A stretch of 64,000 nt of DNA from a plasmid. The stretch lies in NCBI RefSeq assembly GCF_053078305.1, contig NZ_CP166875.1. The stretch is one strand, 5' to 3'. This document shows positions 8,152 to 18,161 of the stretch, piece after piece. The notes beneath the pieces were generated by a model. The model made no database searches and was not told the origin of the DNA. It saw only the letters and a program-made list of their open reading frames with translations. Position 1 is the first letter of the stretch; every line of letters starts with the position of its first letter. A program made the translations under genes and the position numbers.

Positions 8152-8874
8152 TTATCACCTCGTCATTACTACGTATATACACAGTATATAACGATTCAGA
8201 TATCGTCACCAGGATATGCCGCGCCAGCGGCATGGAAGGCGGCGCTCTGTTGTTTCATATGATACCGGAGTAAAACCGCCGAAGCCCGGCGTAAGCCGGT
8301 ACTGATTGATAGATTTCACCTTACCCACCCCCATCCCTGCCAGACCATACCCACTTTCAGCCATGAGAGAGCTTCTGTGCGCGGTCGGAGTGGTCCCGAC
8401 GAGGGTTTACCCGAAGTCGGGGCGTATCTCCGCGTTAGCGGGCCGTCAGGGCCGCTTACGAGCGTGTATTCAACACTTCCAGCGAGAAGACTGACAGCGA
8501 TGATGCTATTTAGTTACAACATTCATAATTAAAAGCGATGTTGTTCCCGCCCTTCGGGCGGGGGCGGCCTCGCTTTTCAGTTATGAGAGGTGAGCACGGT
8601 GCTGCGTTTGTGTGGTGTTTTTATTCCTGATGTCTTTTTGCTGTGGTTTCAGAACGGTGAGGTTCGGGGCCCGCGCGTTAGCGTGGGAGGTGCATATTTG
8701 CTTGTCCACAGGACAGGCACTGAATAGGTTTTCTTTTCAAATGGAAGTAATTAAGTAGTTTAAAGGAAATACAGTACTGGGGTTTAAAAGAAACATTGCA
8801 CCCTGTAACGCCTGCGGCTGGCGCTTTATAGCATTAACGGTTGTAATCTTACGGAGAAGTCCCTTGCAGTTAAA

Positions 8875-8883
8875 TGTGGATAA
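8875..8883. promoter_or_regulatory. DnaA box in putative oriR downstream of repA
   Basis: TGTGGATAA (complement of TTATCCACA) about 180 bp downstream of the repA stop, where RepA1-type replicons place their origin. Confidence 0.35.
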
Positions 8884-9058
8884 ACAGAATTCCCCGTCTG
8901 TGAGACGTGTTTTGCGTGAAAAACAGGGGGAGCAAGGCGAGCCGGAAGGCAGATGATGAGGCTGTTTTTTGTGTGCTGTGCTGCTTTTTTGTGCGTCGCC
9001 GGGCTTCAGACGTGCGGAAGCCTCCGGCGCAGGCCGGATTATTCAGATGAGGTCAAAC

Positions 9059-9931
9059 TCAGGGTGAGGCTGTGGCCAGCCGTGTGTAGTTGTTGTTCCG
9101 CGACATTATCATGCGTTCCTTCACGCGACGGTCGATTTCGCGCTTCACGGCCTCCAGGCTTCCCCGGAAACGCCCTTCCGCGATTTCACGTGTCAGCTGC
9201 CGTTTCACCAGGGTGACAATGTCCTGACGGGTCCTGCCTGCATCGCGGCGCGCACGGGCACGTTTCATGCCGTGGGACTTAAGCTCTGCCTGATAACTGC
9301 GGAAACGCTCGCGCACAAAACGCCAGGCTCTCGCTATCAGTTCATCCATACCCAGCGCATCCAGCCCCTGCTTTTTGCGCAGCTTGTTTTCCCATTCCAC
9401 GCGGCTGCGGCGTGCGGAAGCCACTGCCTCTTCTGAGATATCAAGTGAGTCAAACAGTGCCGGCGTGAACGTGATGTCGGTCGGGATGTTACAGCCAATT
9501 GTCGGGTCGTATTCCGTCTGGTAGGTTATCAGCCCCAGCTCAGACAGGAACTTCAGGGCACGGGTGGCACGGGTGATGGAGAGTTTCCCGGCCTCAGACT
9601 CCGTCGCCAGTCCGCACTCAATGGCCAGCGTGGTGATGGAGCACTGGACGCGGTTGGCCAGCGGATCGTAGTGGAAACACAGCCCCTGCAGCAGCGCATC
9701 AATCGCCCGGCGGCGCAGCACCGGCGGCATACGCCGGCGCAGGCCGCGCGAACGGGCATACGCCACATGCGCGGCAAAATCAAAACGGGAGGTGAAGCCC
9801 ACCGCCTTTTCCATCAGTTTTTCGCAGAACTTCAGCGTCCCGGCATCTTCACGGGGTGTGAAGACCGGATTCGGGTTCTTTACCTGACGGTATGTGCTTT
9901 CAGTAAATGAGGTCTGGTTCAGGGCCGCCAC
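9059..9931 (-). CDS. repA: RepA1-type replication initiator (IncFII / I-complex family)
   Basis: 290 aa; ...[99 protein letters not shown]... closely matches IncFII RepA1 as recalled; start codon uncertain (GTG in ORF track). Confidence 0.85.
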   Translation of the reverse strand: MAALNQTSFTESTYRQVKNPNPVFTPREDAGTLKFCEKLMEKAVGFTSRFDFAAHVAYARSRGLRRRMPPVLRRRAIDALLQGLCFHYDPLANRVQCSITTLAIECGLATESEAGKLSITRATRALKFLSELGLITYQTEYDPTIGCNIPTDITFTPALFDSLDISEEAVASARRSRVEWENKLRKKQGLDALGMDELIARAWRFVRERFRSYQAELKSHGMKRARARRDAGRTRQDIVTLVKRQLTREIAEGRFRGSLEAVKREIDRRVKERMIMSRNNNYTRLATASP

Positions 9932-10130
9932 AAGCTGTCGCTTATGGCGGAAACAGAATGCCGTGCGTTAATGCACTGCGAAGGGTTGAATCTCTGGTAC
10001 GGTTTCATATATACTTATCCCGTATTCTGTGAGGCCCCCATTATCTTTCTCTGATTCCGCCAAGTTTCGTGGAAAGATGATGGGGGTTTTCCTTTATGGC
10101 CTTCTGAAACTTTTTTCAGCCTTCCGGCCC
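9932..10130 (-). promoter_or_regulatory. repA leader / antisense-RNA control region (inferred)
   Basis: Region upstream of repA on the coding strand; contains 5'-TTGGCG-3' on the repA mRNA strand (window 10057-10062), the loop hexanucleotide used in antisense-RNA control of I-complex/IncFII replicons. No copB/repA2 ORF upstream. Confidence 0.35.
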
Positions 10131-10633
10131 CGGCAAACTGCCGTCGTTTCTGCCATACATCCTGAATGCCTTATGGCGCATTCTGCCGTTTTCTGGCTTT
10201 CCGGACCGCGAGGATCCCAAAAGCCACTGAATAACGATCCGCAATATACCCCTTTTCCACCGCTTTGAAAAGCCGACACGATTTCTCTGATTTACCAGGC
10301 CTCTCATTAACCACCTAAAAAACGTCGTTTTTTTGAACTATGTCAAAAAAATAGACAATTCCACAAACGATCTTTTATGCTGTGTTTTTCATCATTTTTA
10401 GTAGAAGAGATCGCCTAAAATTTTTAAACGATCTAATCCTCCAGACACCGCACACAAATCAGCATAATATGCTGCTTTATCAAATATAACGATCTATTTA
10501 ACTGCTTATCTTCACTCTTGCCACAGATACATCCTTATGTAATATATTTGCCAGCCATTAATCCTGTTTGCAGGAGTTGTCGGTTTTCGCCCGCCTCGAA
10601 ACCGTCCACAAGGCTTACAAGAGTGCGTAAATC

Positions 10634-11275
10634 ATGTGCCTGTCAGAACTGCAGGCCGGGCTGAACGAGGGTCAGCCGCTGTTTCCGACACATGCTTTAT
10701 GTATTCGCCGTTCACAACAACATCGAAGCCCCTCTGCGGGGATCGATTTTCGCGGAGCGTTCCGGATTTTGAATATCAGTGAATTACATCAACGCAACTG
10801 GTATCTGGCTCAGTACATCCCTGCCGGCAAAAACCGCGAACATCTCTTTTCCTGGCTTTCCGAACAACACGTCCTTCCCTGGACACCCCTGATACTGAAA
10901 AAGGTCCGCCGCACGGATAAAGTCTGTGGTTACCGTCGACATATACACGCCGTGTTTCCCGGTTACTTTTTCCTGAAAGCAGACCCCGAACGCCACAGCT
11001 TCACTCACCTTCGCCGTCACAGTGCCTTTCTGGACTTCGTGAAAATGGCCGGTGAAATCAAAACCGTCAGGGAGGATATCGTTCAGTCTTTGATGAAAGT
11101 GTACCCGGATCCTGCGCTCAATCCGGCAGCCAGGGAGGAGCTGGATGCTGCCTCCACCCTCTGGCTGACAAAAGCGCGTTACCAGTACCTCCTCCGGCTT
11201 GATGCACAGCCTCTGCCGGAGTCGAGGATCGCCCTGCTCCTGCACCTGGTATCTGATGACGGAGCGTTGACATGA
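10634..11275 (+). CDS. NusG/RfaH-like (NGN domain) protein, possible transcription antiterminator
   Basis: Segment NWYLAQY...LPWTPLILKKVRRTDKVCGYRRHIHAVFPGYFFLKADPE...FLDFVKMAG parallels the RfaH/NusG NGN domain (FPNYLFVEFDPE); no clear KOW domain; start uncertain. Confidence 0.45.
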   Translation: MCLSELQAGLNEGQPLFPTHALCIRRSQQHRSPSAGIDFRGAFRILNISELHQRNWYLAQYIPAGKNREHLFSWLSEQHVLPWTPLILKKVRRTDKVCGYRRHIHAVFPGYFFLKADPERHSFTHLRRHSAFLDFVKMAGEIKTVREDIVQSLMKVYPDPALNPAAREELDAASTLWLTKARYQYLLRLDAQPLPESRIALLLHLVSDDGALT

Positions 11276-11415
11276 AAATTGCTGTCTTAATTTGACGACT
11301 TTTCCCGGCCTTTATGGCCGGGATTTTTTTCCCTTCTGTTTCCACAATGCCCGGCACCGGTGACACCTGAGGGTGTACGGAGAGCGGCTGTCGGGCATTT
11401 TTTCAGGACGCCTTT

Positions 11416-12081
11416 ATGACCATTCTATCCCAGGAAAACCCTGTCATTCTGTTACTGGAGAATATGCTCGAAGCACTCTCCACCGCCCCGGACAACATAA
11501 ACAACGAACGGCGTCGCCGGCGTTACCTGCTGAACTGGCTTGACACTGCCCGTCAGATGCGCGAGTTCAGAGGAATGGCTGAAGAGTTCACTACCCTGCG
11601 AAAACTGCTGGCCACCAATTCAGACATACCGGTAGCAAACACCCTGAAATCACTGCTGGAAAGTGGCAATAACGCAGCATTATACGACCTGTACCGCTTC
11701 CGCTCGGCTCTTTCCGCGTGCAGAAGTCTGGGATGGCAGATTGGCACGTGCGCATGGAACGACCAGCTGCTGAGTGAGACACTTTCCCGTGCGCAAACAG
11801 GTAAACGTCATATCCTGCAGCTGAACAGTACCAGAGACACCTTTTCCACCACGGGCAGAATGCTCAGACCGGTGGCATTTTCATTAATTCATCCGGCATC
11901 CCTCGAATCTTCAGAAGTGGAAGAGATATTCCGGGATGAAGGTTTTATACTCGCGCACGGACGCGAATGCAGCCTGAACGGCAGCGGCAGAAACATGCTG
12001 TCACGCATTCTTCATGTGGGGCATTCAGGTTTACCGAAAGCCGAATGGGGCATAGATCACAGCAATCACCTGTTACACTGA
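11416..12081 (+). CDS. hypothetical protein
   Basis: 221-aa ORF, no recognisable motif. Confidence 0.3.
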   Translation: MTILSQENPVILLLENMLEALSTAPDNINNERRRRRYLLNWLDTARQMREFRGMAEEFTTLRKLLATNSDIPVANTLKSLLESGNNAALYDLYRFRSALSACRSLGWQIGTCAWNDQLLSETLSRAQTGKRHILQLNSTRDTFSTTGRMLRPVAFSLIHPASLESSEVEEIFRDEGFILAHGRECSLNGSGRNMLSRILHVGHSGLPKAEWGIDHSNHLLH

Positions 12082-12347
12082 AATACCGGGACAGCCACAA
12101 CGGCAGCCACTCTCCGCTGACTTTTTTTCGCAAATCGCGGTTTGCTGATGTGGATGTCCCATTTTTTATTATCCGTCCTCTCCGGTTGTCATAAAGCGCA
12201 TTCCGGCGTGAGGCTTCTGTTGTTATCATCCCCTCCTGCAGACATCCCCTTGTCTTCTGATGACTGACGATATGCTTCTTCTGACAATTAAAGAAGCGGA
12301 AGCTTCACGCCATAATGTTGTTTGACTGACCTGCCACAGGAGGAAAA

Positions 12348-12968
12348 ATGACACTGACGTTACTTACCGCGTATAACGCACCCTATCTGGCAGCCCTGAC
12401 TTTTGTTCTGCTTACTGGTATCGCTGAACTTATCGCCCTGCTCTGCGGACACTCCCTCTCTTCAGCTATGGATACACCTGATTTACCGGAGGGGCTGACA
12501 GGAGAGGCGCTGGACTGGCTGAACATCGGACGGATCCCCCTGCTGATCGTCCTCTGTATACTGGCAGGTTTTTTTGGTATATCCGGCATTCTCCTGCAGG
12601 GTCTTATTATTCATCTGCTGCAGGCTCCTGCCCCGAACATTCTCCTTGCACCACTTTGCCTGCTGCTGACATGTCCTCTCGTACACCGCACCGGCAGACT
12701 GATTGCCCCCTGGTTACCCCGTGATGAAACAACGGCGCTCACCGAGGAGGCATTCATCGGGTGTATGGCCACCATCACCGGTTATCACGCAGTGGCGGGT
12801 TCCCCCTGTGAAGGTCGCTTCACAGACCGCTTTGGGCAGGTTCATTACCTGTTGCTGGAGCCGGAGGCCGGGAAAGAATTCAGACGAGGAGACAAAGTGA
12901 TTATTGTCTGCCGTCTTTCCGGTTCCCGCTGGCTGGGCGAACTGAATCCCTGGCCGGATGTTCTTTAA
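12348..12968 (+). CDS. yqiJ: NfeD-like membrane protein (YqiJ-like)
   Basis: 206 aa; N-terminal TM helices plus C-terminal soluble domain (...GQVHYLLLEPEAGKEFRRGDKVIIVCRLSGSRWLGEL); upstream of an SPFH/flotillin gene as in the yqiJ-yqiK pair. Confidence 0.55.
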   Translation: MTLTLLTAYNAPYLAALTFVLLTGIAELIALLCGHSLSSAMDTPDLPEGLTGEALDWLNIGRIPLLIVLCILAGFFGISGILLQGLIIHLLQAPAPNILLAPLCLLLTCPLVHRTGRLIAPWLPRDETTALTEEAFIGCMATITGYHAVAGSPCEGRFTDRFGQVHYLLLEPEAGKEFRRGDKVIIVCRLSGSRWLGELNPWPDVL

Positions 12969-12971
12969 TCC

Positions 12972-12979
12972 CGACATAT
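12972..12979. repeat. 8-bp target-site duplication (left) of IS66 element
   Basis: CGACATAT immediately left of the IS terminus; identical copy at 15513-15520. Confidence 0.7.
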
Positions 12980-13009
12980 GTAAGCGTCAACGGAGCACCG
13001 TATTGACGC

Positions 13010-14623
13010 TTATTTATTGGTGAGTACTACGTTCCATGGCAGGAGTTCATCAACTCGGTTGGAAGGCCATTCTGGCAGTACGCTCAGGATATGGCGCAGA
13101 TACGCTTCCGGATCGATACCGTTCAGACGGCAGGTGCCGATCAGCCCGTACAACAGTGCTCCACGCTCGCCGCCGTGATCGCTGCCAAAGAACATAAAGT
13201 TTTTCTTTCCGAGACAGACTGCACGAAGCGCTCTTTCCGCAGCATTATTATCCGCCTCCGCCAGACCGTCATCACTGTAATAACAGAGGGCATCCCACTG
13301 ATTCAGTACATAGCTGAACGCTTCGCCCAGTCTGGATTTTTTCGACAGCGTACCATTCTTCTCCACCATCCATTCATGCAGTGACGTCAGTAACACTTTG
13401 CTTCGCTGCTGCCTGACGGCAAGACGCTCTGACTCCGGTAATCCCCGTATTTCATCCTCGATGGCGTACAGTTCACTGATTCGCTTCAGGGCTTCTTCTG
13501 CCGTCGCACTTTTGCTGCTGATGTATACATCGTGGATTTTTCGCCGGGCATGGGCCCAGCACGCAACTTCTGTCAGTGCACCACCTTCACGTTCTGCACT
13601 GAACAGCCGATCGTAACCGCTGAACGCATCCGCCTGCAGGATACCCCGGAAGGGACGAAGGTGTTGTACCGGATGTTTTCCCTGCCTGTCTGGTGAGTAG
13701 GCGAACCAGACCGCCGGTGGCTCTGATGAGCCCGCATTCCGGTCATCCCGGACATACGTCCAGATGCGTCCTGTTTTTGCCTTTTTTCTGCCCGCTGCCA
13801 GCACTTTTACTGGTGTGTCGTCAGTGTGAACCTTGCGGGTGTTCATCACGTAACGGTACAGGGTATCATTCAGCAGAGTCATTAACTGACAACATGCGTC
13901 AACCCAGTTGGAGAGTAATGCCCGGCTCAGTTCGATGCCCTGGCGGGCAAAGATTTCACTCTGACGATACAGTGGCAGGTGTTCGCAGTATTTTCCCGTT
14001 AACACGCGGGCAAGTAATCCGGAGCCCGCGATGCCGCGCTCTATCGGGCGGGACGGCGCTGGCGCTTCAACTATACAGTCACATTTTGTACAGGCTTTTT
14101 TTACCCGAACAGTGCGGATCACTTTCAGGGCGCTACTCACCAGTTCCAGCTGCTCAGCACTGACTTCCCCCAGATAATCCAGCTCACTGCCACACTCCGG
14201 GCAACAACTTTCTTCAGGCTCCAGACGGTGTATTTCACGGGGAAGATGTGCCGGTAACGGACGACGATGACGTGACTGTCGCAACTGGCGGGGAACCTGC
14301 GGGTCATCCTCACGCCCACTGTAACGATCGCTTTCCTGTTCGCGTTGTTTCAGTTGGGCCTCAGCCTGTTCAACCTCACGCTGCAGTTTTTCAGAACGGG
14401 TACCGAACAACATCCGGCGCAGTTTTTCTATCTGGGCCCTCAGATGTTCTATTTCCCGCTCCTCCTCTTCGATCTTTTCCTCGGCACGTGCCAGTGCAGA
14501 GCGCAGGAAGGCCTCCGTCTCTTCAACCAGACTCAGTTGCTGATCTTTCTGACGGAGGGCTTCAGCCTGCTCAGAGAGCAGCCTTTCCAGCTCAGTGATA
14601 CGAATGAGGTATTTCCGACTCAT
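13010..14623 (-). CDS. tnpC: IS66-family transposase (TnpC)
   Basis: 537 aa with N-terminal coiled-coil / leucine zipper, Cys-rich zinc-finger (CCPECGSELDY...CTKCDC) and a long catalytic region typical of IS66 transposases. Confidence 0.9.
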   Translation of the reverse strand: MSRKYLIRITELERLLSEQAEALRQKDQQLSLVEETEAFLRSALARAEEKIEEEEREIEHLRAQIEKLRRMLFGTRSEKLQREVEQAEAQLKQREQESDRYSGREDDPQVPRQLRQSRHRRPLPAHLPREIHRLEPEESCCPECGSELDYLGEVSAEQLELVSSALKVIRTVRVKKACTKCDCIVEAPAPSRPIERGIAGSGLLARVLTGKYCEHLPLYRQSEIFARQGIELSRALLSNWVDACCQLMTLLNDTLYRYVMNTRKVHTDDTPVKVLAAGRKKAKTGRIWTYVRDDRNAGSSEPPAVWFAYSPDRQGKHPVQHLRPFRGILQADAFSGYDRLFSAEREGGALTEVACWAHARRKIHDVYISSKSATAEEALKRISELYAIEDEIRGLPESERLAVRQQRSKVLLTSLHEWMVEKNGTLSKKSRLGEAFSYVLNQWDALCYYSDDGLAEADNNAAERALRAVCLGKKNFMFFGSDHGGERGALLYGLIGTCRLNGIDPEAYLRHILSVLPEWPSNRVDELLPWNVVLTNK

Positions 14624-14653
14624 GACCGTTTTTATAATCCGGCCATGACATTT

Positions 14654-15004
14654 TTACAACATTGTCAGTGCATTAAGGCGGGATGTTTTGGGCTGACGCC
14701 AGTCCAGTTTATCGAGGAGCATTGCCAGCTGCGAGCGGGTAATGGATACCTTACCGTCACGCACCGCAGGCCAGATAAACTGGCCTTCCTCCAGACGTTT
14801 GGTGAACAGGCACAGACCATCAGCATCAGCCCACAGAATTTTAATCGTGTCACCCCGTCGGCCGCGAAAGATAAACAGGTGACCGGAGAAGGGGTTCTCA
14901 TCCAGCACATGTTGTACCTGTTCTCCCAGACCGTTGAAGGATTTACGCATATCAGTAACGCCGGCAACCAGCCAGATTCGAGTGCCTGATGGGAGCGAGA
15001 TCAT
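14654..15004 (-). CDS. tnpB: IS66 Orf2 (TnpB) accessory protein
   Basis: 116 aa, MISLPSGTRIWLVAGVTDMRKSFNGLGEQV..., the conserved IS66 Orf2. Confidence 0.85.
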   Translation of the reverse strand: MISLPSGTRIWLVAGVTDMRKSFNGLGEQVQHVLDENPFSGHLFIFRGRRGDTIKILWADADGLCLFTKRLEEGQFIWPAVRDGKVSITRSQLAMLLDKLDWRQPKTSRLNALTML

Positions 15005-15426
15005 CGTCCCCTCCCGGTCAGTTCACGGATCAACACCGTGAGCAGCTCTGGTGAAGGATTTTCCAGCGTCATGTTACCGTGGCGGAACTCAACTTTACAG
15101 GAACTGGCACTGACTGTGCTTTGTGAAGGAGTGGATAAAAGCGGAGTAAGAGCCGCCACAGGCTCTTTCTGCTCATCAGGCGTTATCTCAACAGGTAATA
15201 ATTCAACGCCAGCGCCAGAAGAGGTTGTTACCGGAAGACGCCGCGATATACGCCCTTCGTTCTGCCAGAGCCTGAGCCATTTGAACAGGAGGTTATCATT
15301 GATATCGTGTTCCCGGGCAATACGGGCAACAGAGGCTCCTGGTTGTGAAGCCAGTTTAACCATTTGAAGTTTAAACTCATTTGAAAATGATCTGCGGGGT
15401 TCTGAGGATAATATTTTCTGTTCCAT
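15001..15426 (-). CDS. tnpA: IS66 Orf1 (TnpA) HTH protein
   Basis: 141 aa with HTH (FSNEFKLQMVKLASQPGASVARIAREHDINDNLLFKWLR); stop overlaps the Orf2 start. Confidence 0.8.
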   Translation of the reverse strand: MEQKILSSEPRRSFSNEFKLQMVKLASQPGASVARIAREHDINDNLLFKWLRLWQNEGRISRRLPVTTSSGAGVELLPVEITPDEQKEPVAALTPLLSTPSQSTVSASSCKVEFRHGNMTLENPSPELLTVLIRELTGRGR

Positions 15427-15512
15427 AACAGGTGTCCACTAGTTGAAAAGGTGGGCACCTACGTTACCAATACTGGCTTAATGGCTACATACGGCGGTCA
15501 GTTTACGCTTAC

Positions 15513-15520
15513 CGACATAT
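15513..15520. repeat. 8-bp target-site duplication (right) of IS66 element
   Basis: CGACATAT, identical to 12972-12979. Confidence 0.7.
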
Positions 15521-15535
15521 ACAGAGGTTCTCACT

Positions 15536-17230
15536 ATGTTTAATCTTCCGGGATGGTTGTTTACCGTTATTTCGCTGGTCCTCACCCTGTTCGTTATCGG
15601 GCTGATATTTGCCCGCCTGTACCGTCGGGCATCGGCAGAGCAGGCCTTTGTCCGCACAGGTCTGGGAGGCCAAAAAGTGGTAATGAGTGGCGGTGCAATT
15701 GTTATGCCCATTTTTCACGAAACAATTCCCGTCAACATGAACACCCTGAAGCTGGAAGTCAGTCGTGCAGCGGCTGAAAGTCTCATTACCCGCGACCGCA
15801 TGCGTGTTGATGTTGCCGTTGCCTTTTTTCTTCGGGTAAAACCATCAGCCGAAGGAATATCCACTGCAGCCCAGACGCTGGGACAACGCACGCTCACACC
15901 TGAAGATCTGCGTAGTCTGGTCGAGGATAAATTTGTTGATGCCCTGCGGGCCACGGCGGCCAGAATGAGCATGCAGGATTTACAGGATGCCCGCGAGAAC
16001 TTTGTTCAGGGTGTGCAGAACACCGTTGCGGAAGACTTATCCAAAAACGGTCTGGAGCTTGAAAGTGTGTCGCTGACAAGTTTCAACCAGACTGCACGGG
16101 AACATTTTAATCCTGACAATGCCTTTGATGCTGAAGGCCTGACCCTTCTGACCCAGGAAACAGAACGTCGTCGCCGCGAACGTAACGAAGTTGAGCAGGA
16201 TGTTGAAGTGGCCATCAGGGAAAAAAACCGGGATGCACTCTCCCGACGTCTGGAGATTGAACAGCAGGAAGCCTTCATGACTCTGGAGCAACAACAACGG
16301 GTAAAAACCCGTACGGCAGAGCAGAGTGCCAGTATTGCTGCTATTGAAGCTGAACGACGTCGTGAAGCAGAATCCGCGAGAATTCTGGCTGAACGTAAGA
16401 TAGAGGAAGCCGAAATCGAACGACAGCAGATAGTGCGTACCCGCCAGGTCGAAGCCGAACGGGAAGTGGCCATACGGGAAATTGAGCAACAGCAGGCAAC
16501 CGAAATCGCCAGCCAGGCCAGAGCCATTGCCGTGGCTGCAAAATCGGAAGAGCAGTCACAGGCAGAAGCCCGGGCAAGTAAAGCACTGGCTGAAGCCGTA
16601 CAGGCCCAGCAGGATGTGGAAACCACCCGCCAGACTGCGGAGGCCGACCGTACCAAACAGGTTGCCCTGATTGCTGCTGCTCAGGAAGCTGAAACGAAAG
16701 CGGTTGAACTGACGGTTCGCGCACAGGCTGAAAAAGAAGCAGCCGAACTCCAGGCAGCAGCAATTATTGAACTGGCGGAGGCCACCCGTCAGAAAGGTCT
16801 GGCAGAAGCAGAAGCACAGCGCGCACTGAACGATGCCATTAACGTGCTTTCGGATGAGCAGACCAGCCTCCGCTTCCGTCTTGCCCTGCTGGATGCATTA
16901 CCTGCCGTCATAGAGAAGTCCACAGAACCAATGAAATCCATTGACGGCATTAAAATCATTCAGGTGGATGGCCTGAATGGCGGTGTTACCCGTGGTAAAA
17001 CAGCAACAACCGACATAAGTGGCGGAAATCTCGCTGAACAGGCGGTAACCGCCGCTCTGGCTTACCGTACACAGGCTCCGCTCATCGACTCCCTGCTGAA
17101 GGAGGTGGGGTTATCCGGTGAAGGACTTACAGCCCTGACACGTCCACTGGTCATGCCAGCCCCGGAAAAGGTCCCGGATGTCAGCGAACCGGTAACCGCT
17201 CCGGATAACTCAGAACCACAACAGGTTTAA
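15536..17230 (+). CDS. yqiK: flotillin-like SPFH/band-7 protein (YqiK-like)
   Basis: 564 aa; N-terminal TM anchor, SPFH domain, then long Ala/Glu/Gln-rich coiled-coil (AEAERRREAESARILAERKIEEAEIERQQIV...); AGAGG Shine-Dalgarno before ATG 15536. Confidence 0.75.
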   Translation: MFNLPGWLFTVISLVLTLFVIGLIFARLYRRASAEQAFVRTGLGGQKVVMSGGAIVMPIFHETIPVNMNTLKLEVSRAAAESLITRDRMRVDVAVAFFLRVKPSAEGISTAAQTLGQRTLTPEDLRSLVEDKFVDALRATAARMSMQDLQDARENFVQGVQNTVAEDLSKNGLELESVSLTSFNQTAREHFNPDNAFDAEGLTLLTQETERRRRERNEVEQDVEVAIREKNRDALSRRLEIEQQEAFMTLEQQQRVKTRTAEQSASIAAIEAERRREAESARILAERKIEEAEIERQQIVRTRQVEAEREVAIREIEQQQATEIASQARAIAVAAKSEEQSQAEARASKALAEAVQAQQDVETTRQTAEADRTKQVALIAAAQEAETKAVELTVRAQAEKEAAELQAAAIIELAEATRQKGLAEAEAQRALNDAINVLSDEQTSLRFRLALLDALPAVIEKSTEPMKSIDGIKIIQVDGLNGGVTRGKTATTDISGGNLAEQAVTAALAYRTQAPLIDSLLKEVGLSGEGLTALTRPLVMPAPEKVPDVSEPVTAPDNSEPQQV

Positions 17231-17235
17231 TCCCC

Positions 17236-17553
17236 GTGCCGGAATTTTTCCGGCATCTTTTTCACAAAGAATGCCCTCACGGGATATTCTGGTTTAAAAG
17301 AGGATTGAAAATGTCCGCAGAAAAATTCAGAGTTGTCATATACACCAATACATGTGAAAAGAAAGTCAGTTATATTCCTGCAACAGAAGATATAAACATC
17401 GCTATAATGCCATTTCAGACGGCAGACAATGGCTTAATTATTGTGTGTCAGAACTCCCGTATAATACGACGCAAAGAGCGTATACCCGGAAGCAGCTGTG
17501 AATGGAAAGATGTGACATTAGCACTAAAATCCAGAAACCGCGTTCAGTTATAG
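17236..17553 (+). CDS. hypothetical protein
   Basis: 105-aa ORF between yqiK and the pil operon; start may be the internal Met (MSAEKF...). Confidence 0.25.
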   Translation: MPEFFRHLFHKECPHGIFWFKRGLKMSAEKFRVVIYTNTCEKKVSYIPATEDINIAIMPFQTADNGLIIVCQNSRIIRRKERIPGSSCEWKDVTLALKSRNRVQL

Positions 17554-17648
17554 CCTGACAGCCTGCTTTTTATCCCTCAGAAAAGGGGGATAAAAATTAA
17601 ATATTTCACAACCGAGATATTTTTCAGGAATGCAGATTATTTTATGTT

Positions 17649-18005
17649 ATGACCAACAGAGAAACAGGCATGAGAACAATCACAACGCGTGAACAATTAT
17701 TAATTAATGGGAGAGTCCACGAAAGAATCGCCACACATATAGTTACAGGAGCTCATGGGTATGAAACGCTTTGCACAAATGGCTATAACGTCAGATACAA
17801 CAAGGCGCAGCAACTGGTTGAAAGCTGCGAAAAAATAGCTGAAGGCAAACTACCTGTTACCTGTCCTGTCTGTTTCGCCATATGGCAGGATGTACACAGG
17901 TTCACCCACGTTGACTTTGACACACAATCGGGGAAAAGTGATTTTATTGATACCTGCCATTCGGAGATCATAACCGGAAATGTTTCAATAACAGGCAAGA
18001 AATAA
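17649..18005 (+). CDS. hypothetical Cys-rich protein
   Basis: 118-aa ORF (CPVCF...C..E) directly upstream of pilL. Confidence 0.25.
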   Translation: MTNRETGMRTITTREQLLINGRVHERIATHIVTGAHGYETLCTNGYNVRYNKAQQLVESCEKIAEGKLPVTCPVCFAIWQDVHRFTHVDFDTQSGKSDFIDTCHSEIITGNVSITGKK

Positions 18006-18161
18006 AATAATGCTCCAGTTCTGAAATGCAATTCACTCTTATAATCCCCCCACGAACATGAACGTTCATTATCAATAACCCGATGAAATGATATTCATCT
18101 GAAGGCCAGTTACCCGCCACCTGTCTTATACCGTAACCCGTAATATACCGGATTTTATTCT

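Larger units (their letters stand above)
12980..15512 (-). mobile_element. IS66-family insertion sequence (complete)
   Basis: 2533 bp; imperfect terminal inverted repeats starting GTAAGCGT at both ends; three reverse-strand ORFs in the IS66 arrangement; flanked by 8-bp direct repeats CGACATAT. Confidence 0.85.

Noticed and set aside
10116-10307. Possible copB/repA2 repressor gene upstream of repA
   Set aside because: The only ORFs here (61-79 aa, both strands) overlap each other, lack an RBS and do not resemble the basic ~85-aa CopB; the replicon appears to lack copB.
10784-11245. 153-aa reverse-strand ORF
   Set aside because: Lies entirely inside, and antisense to, the NusG/RfaH-like gene, which has a recognisable domain; no RBS; likely spurious.
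16006-16763. Reverse-strand ORFs of 140-216 aa (Ala/Ser/Arg-rich)
   Set aside because: Antisense to the coiled-coil region of the flotillin-like gene; low-complexity translation of a GC-rich repetitive coding region read backwards.
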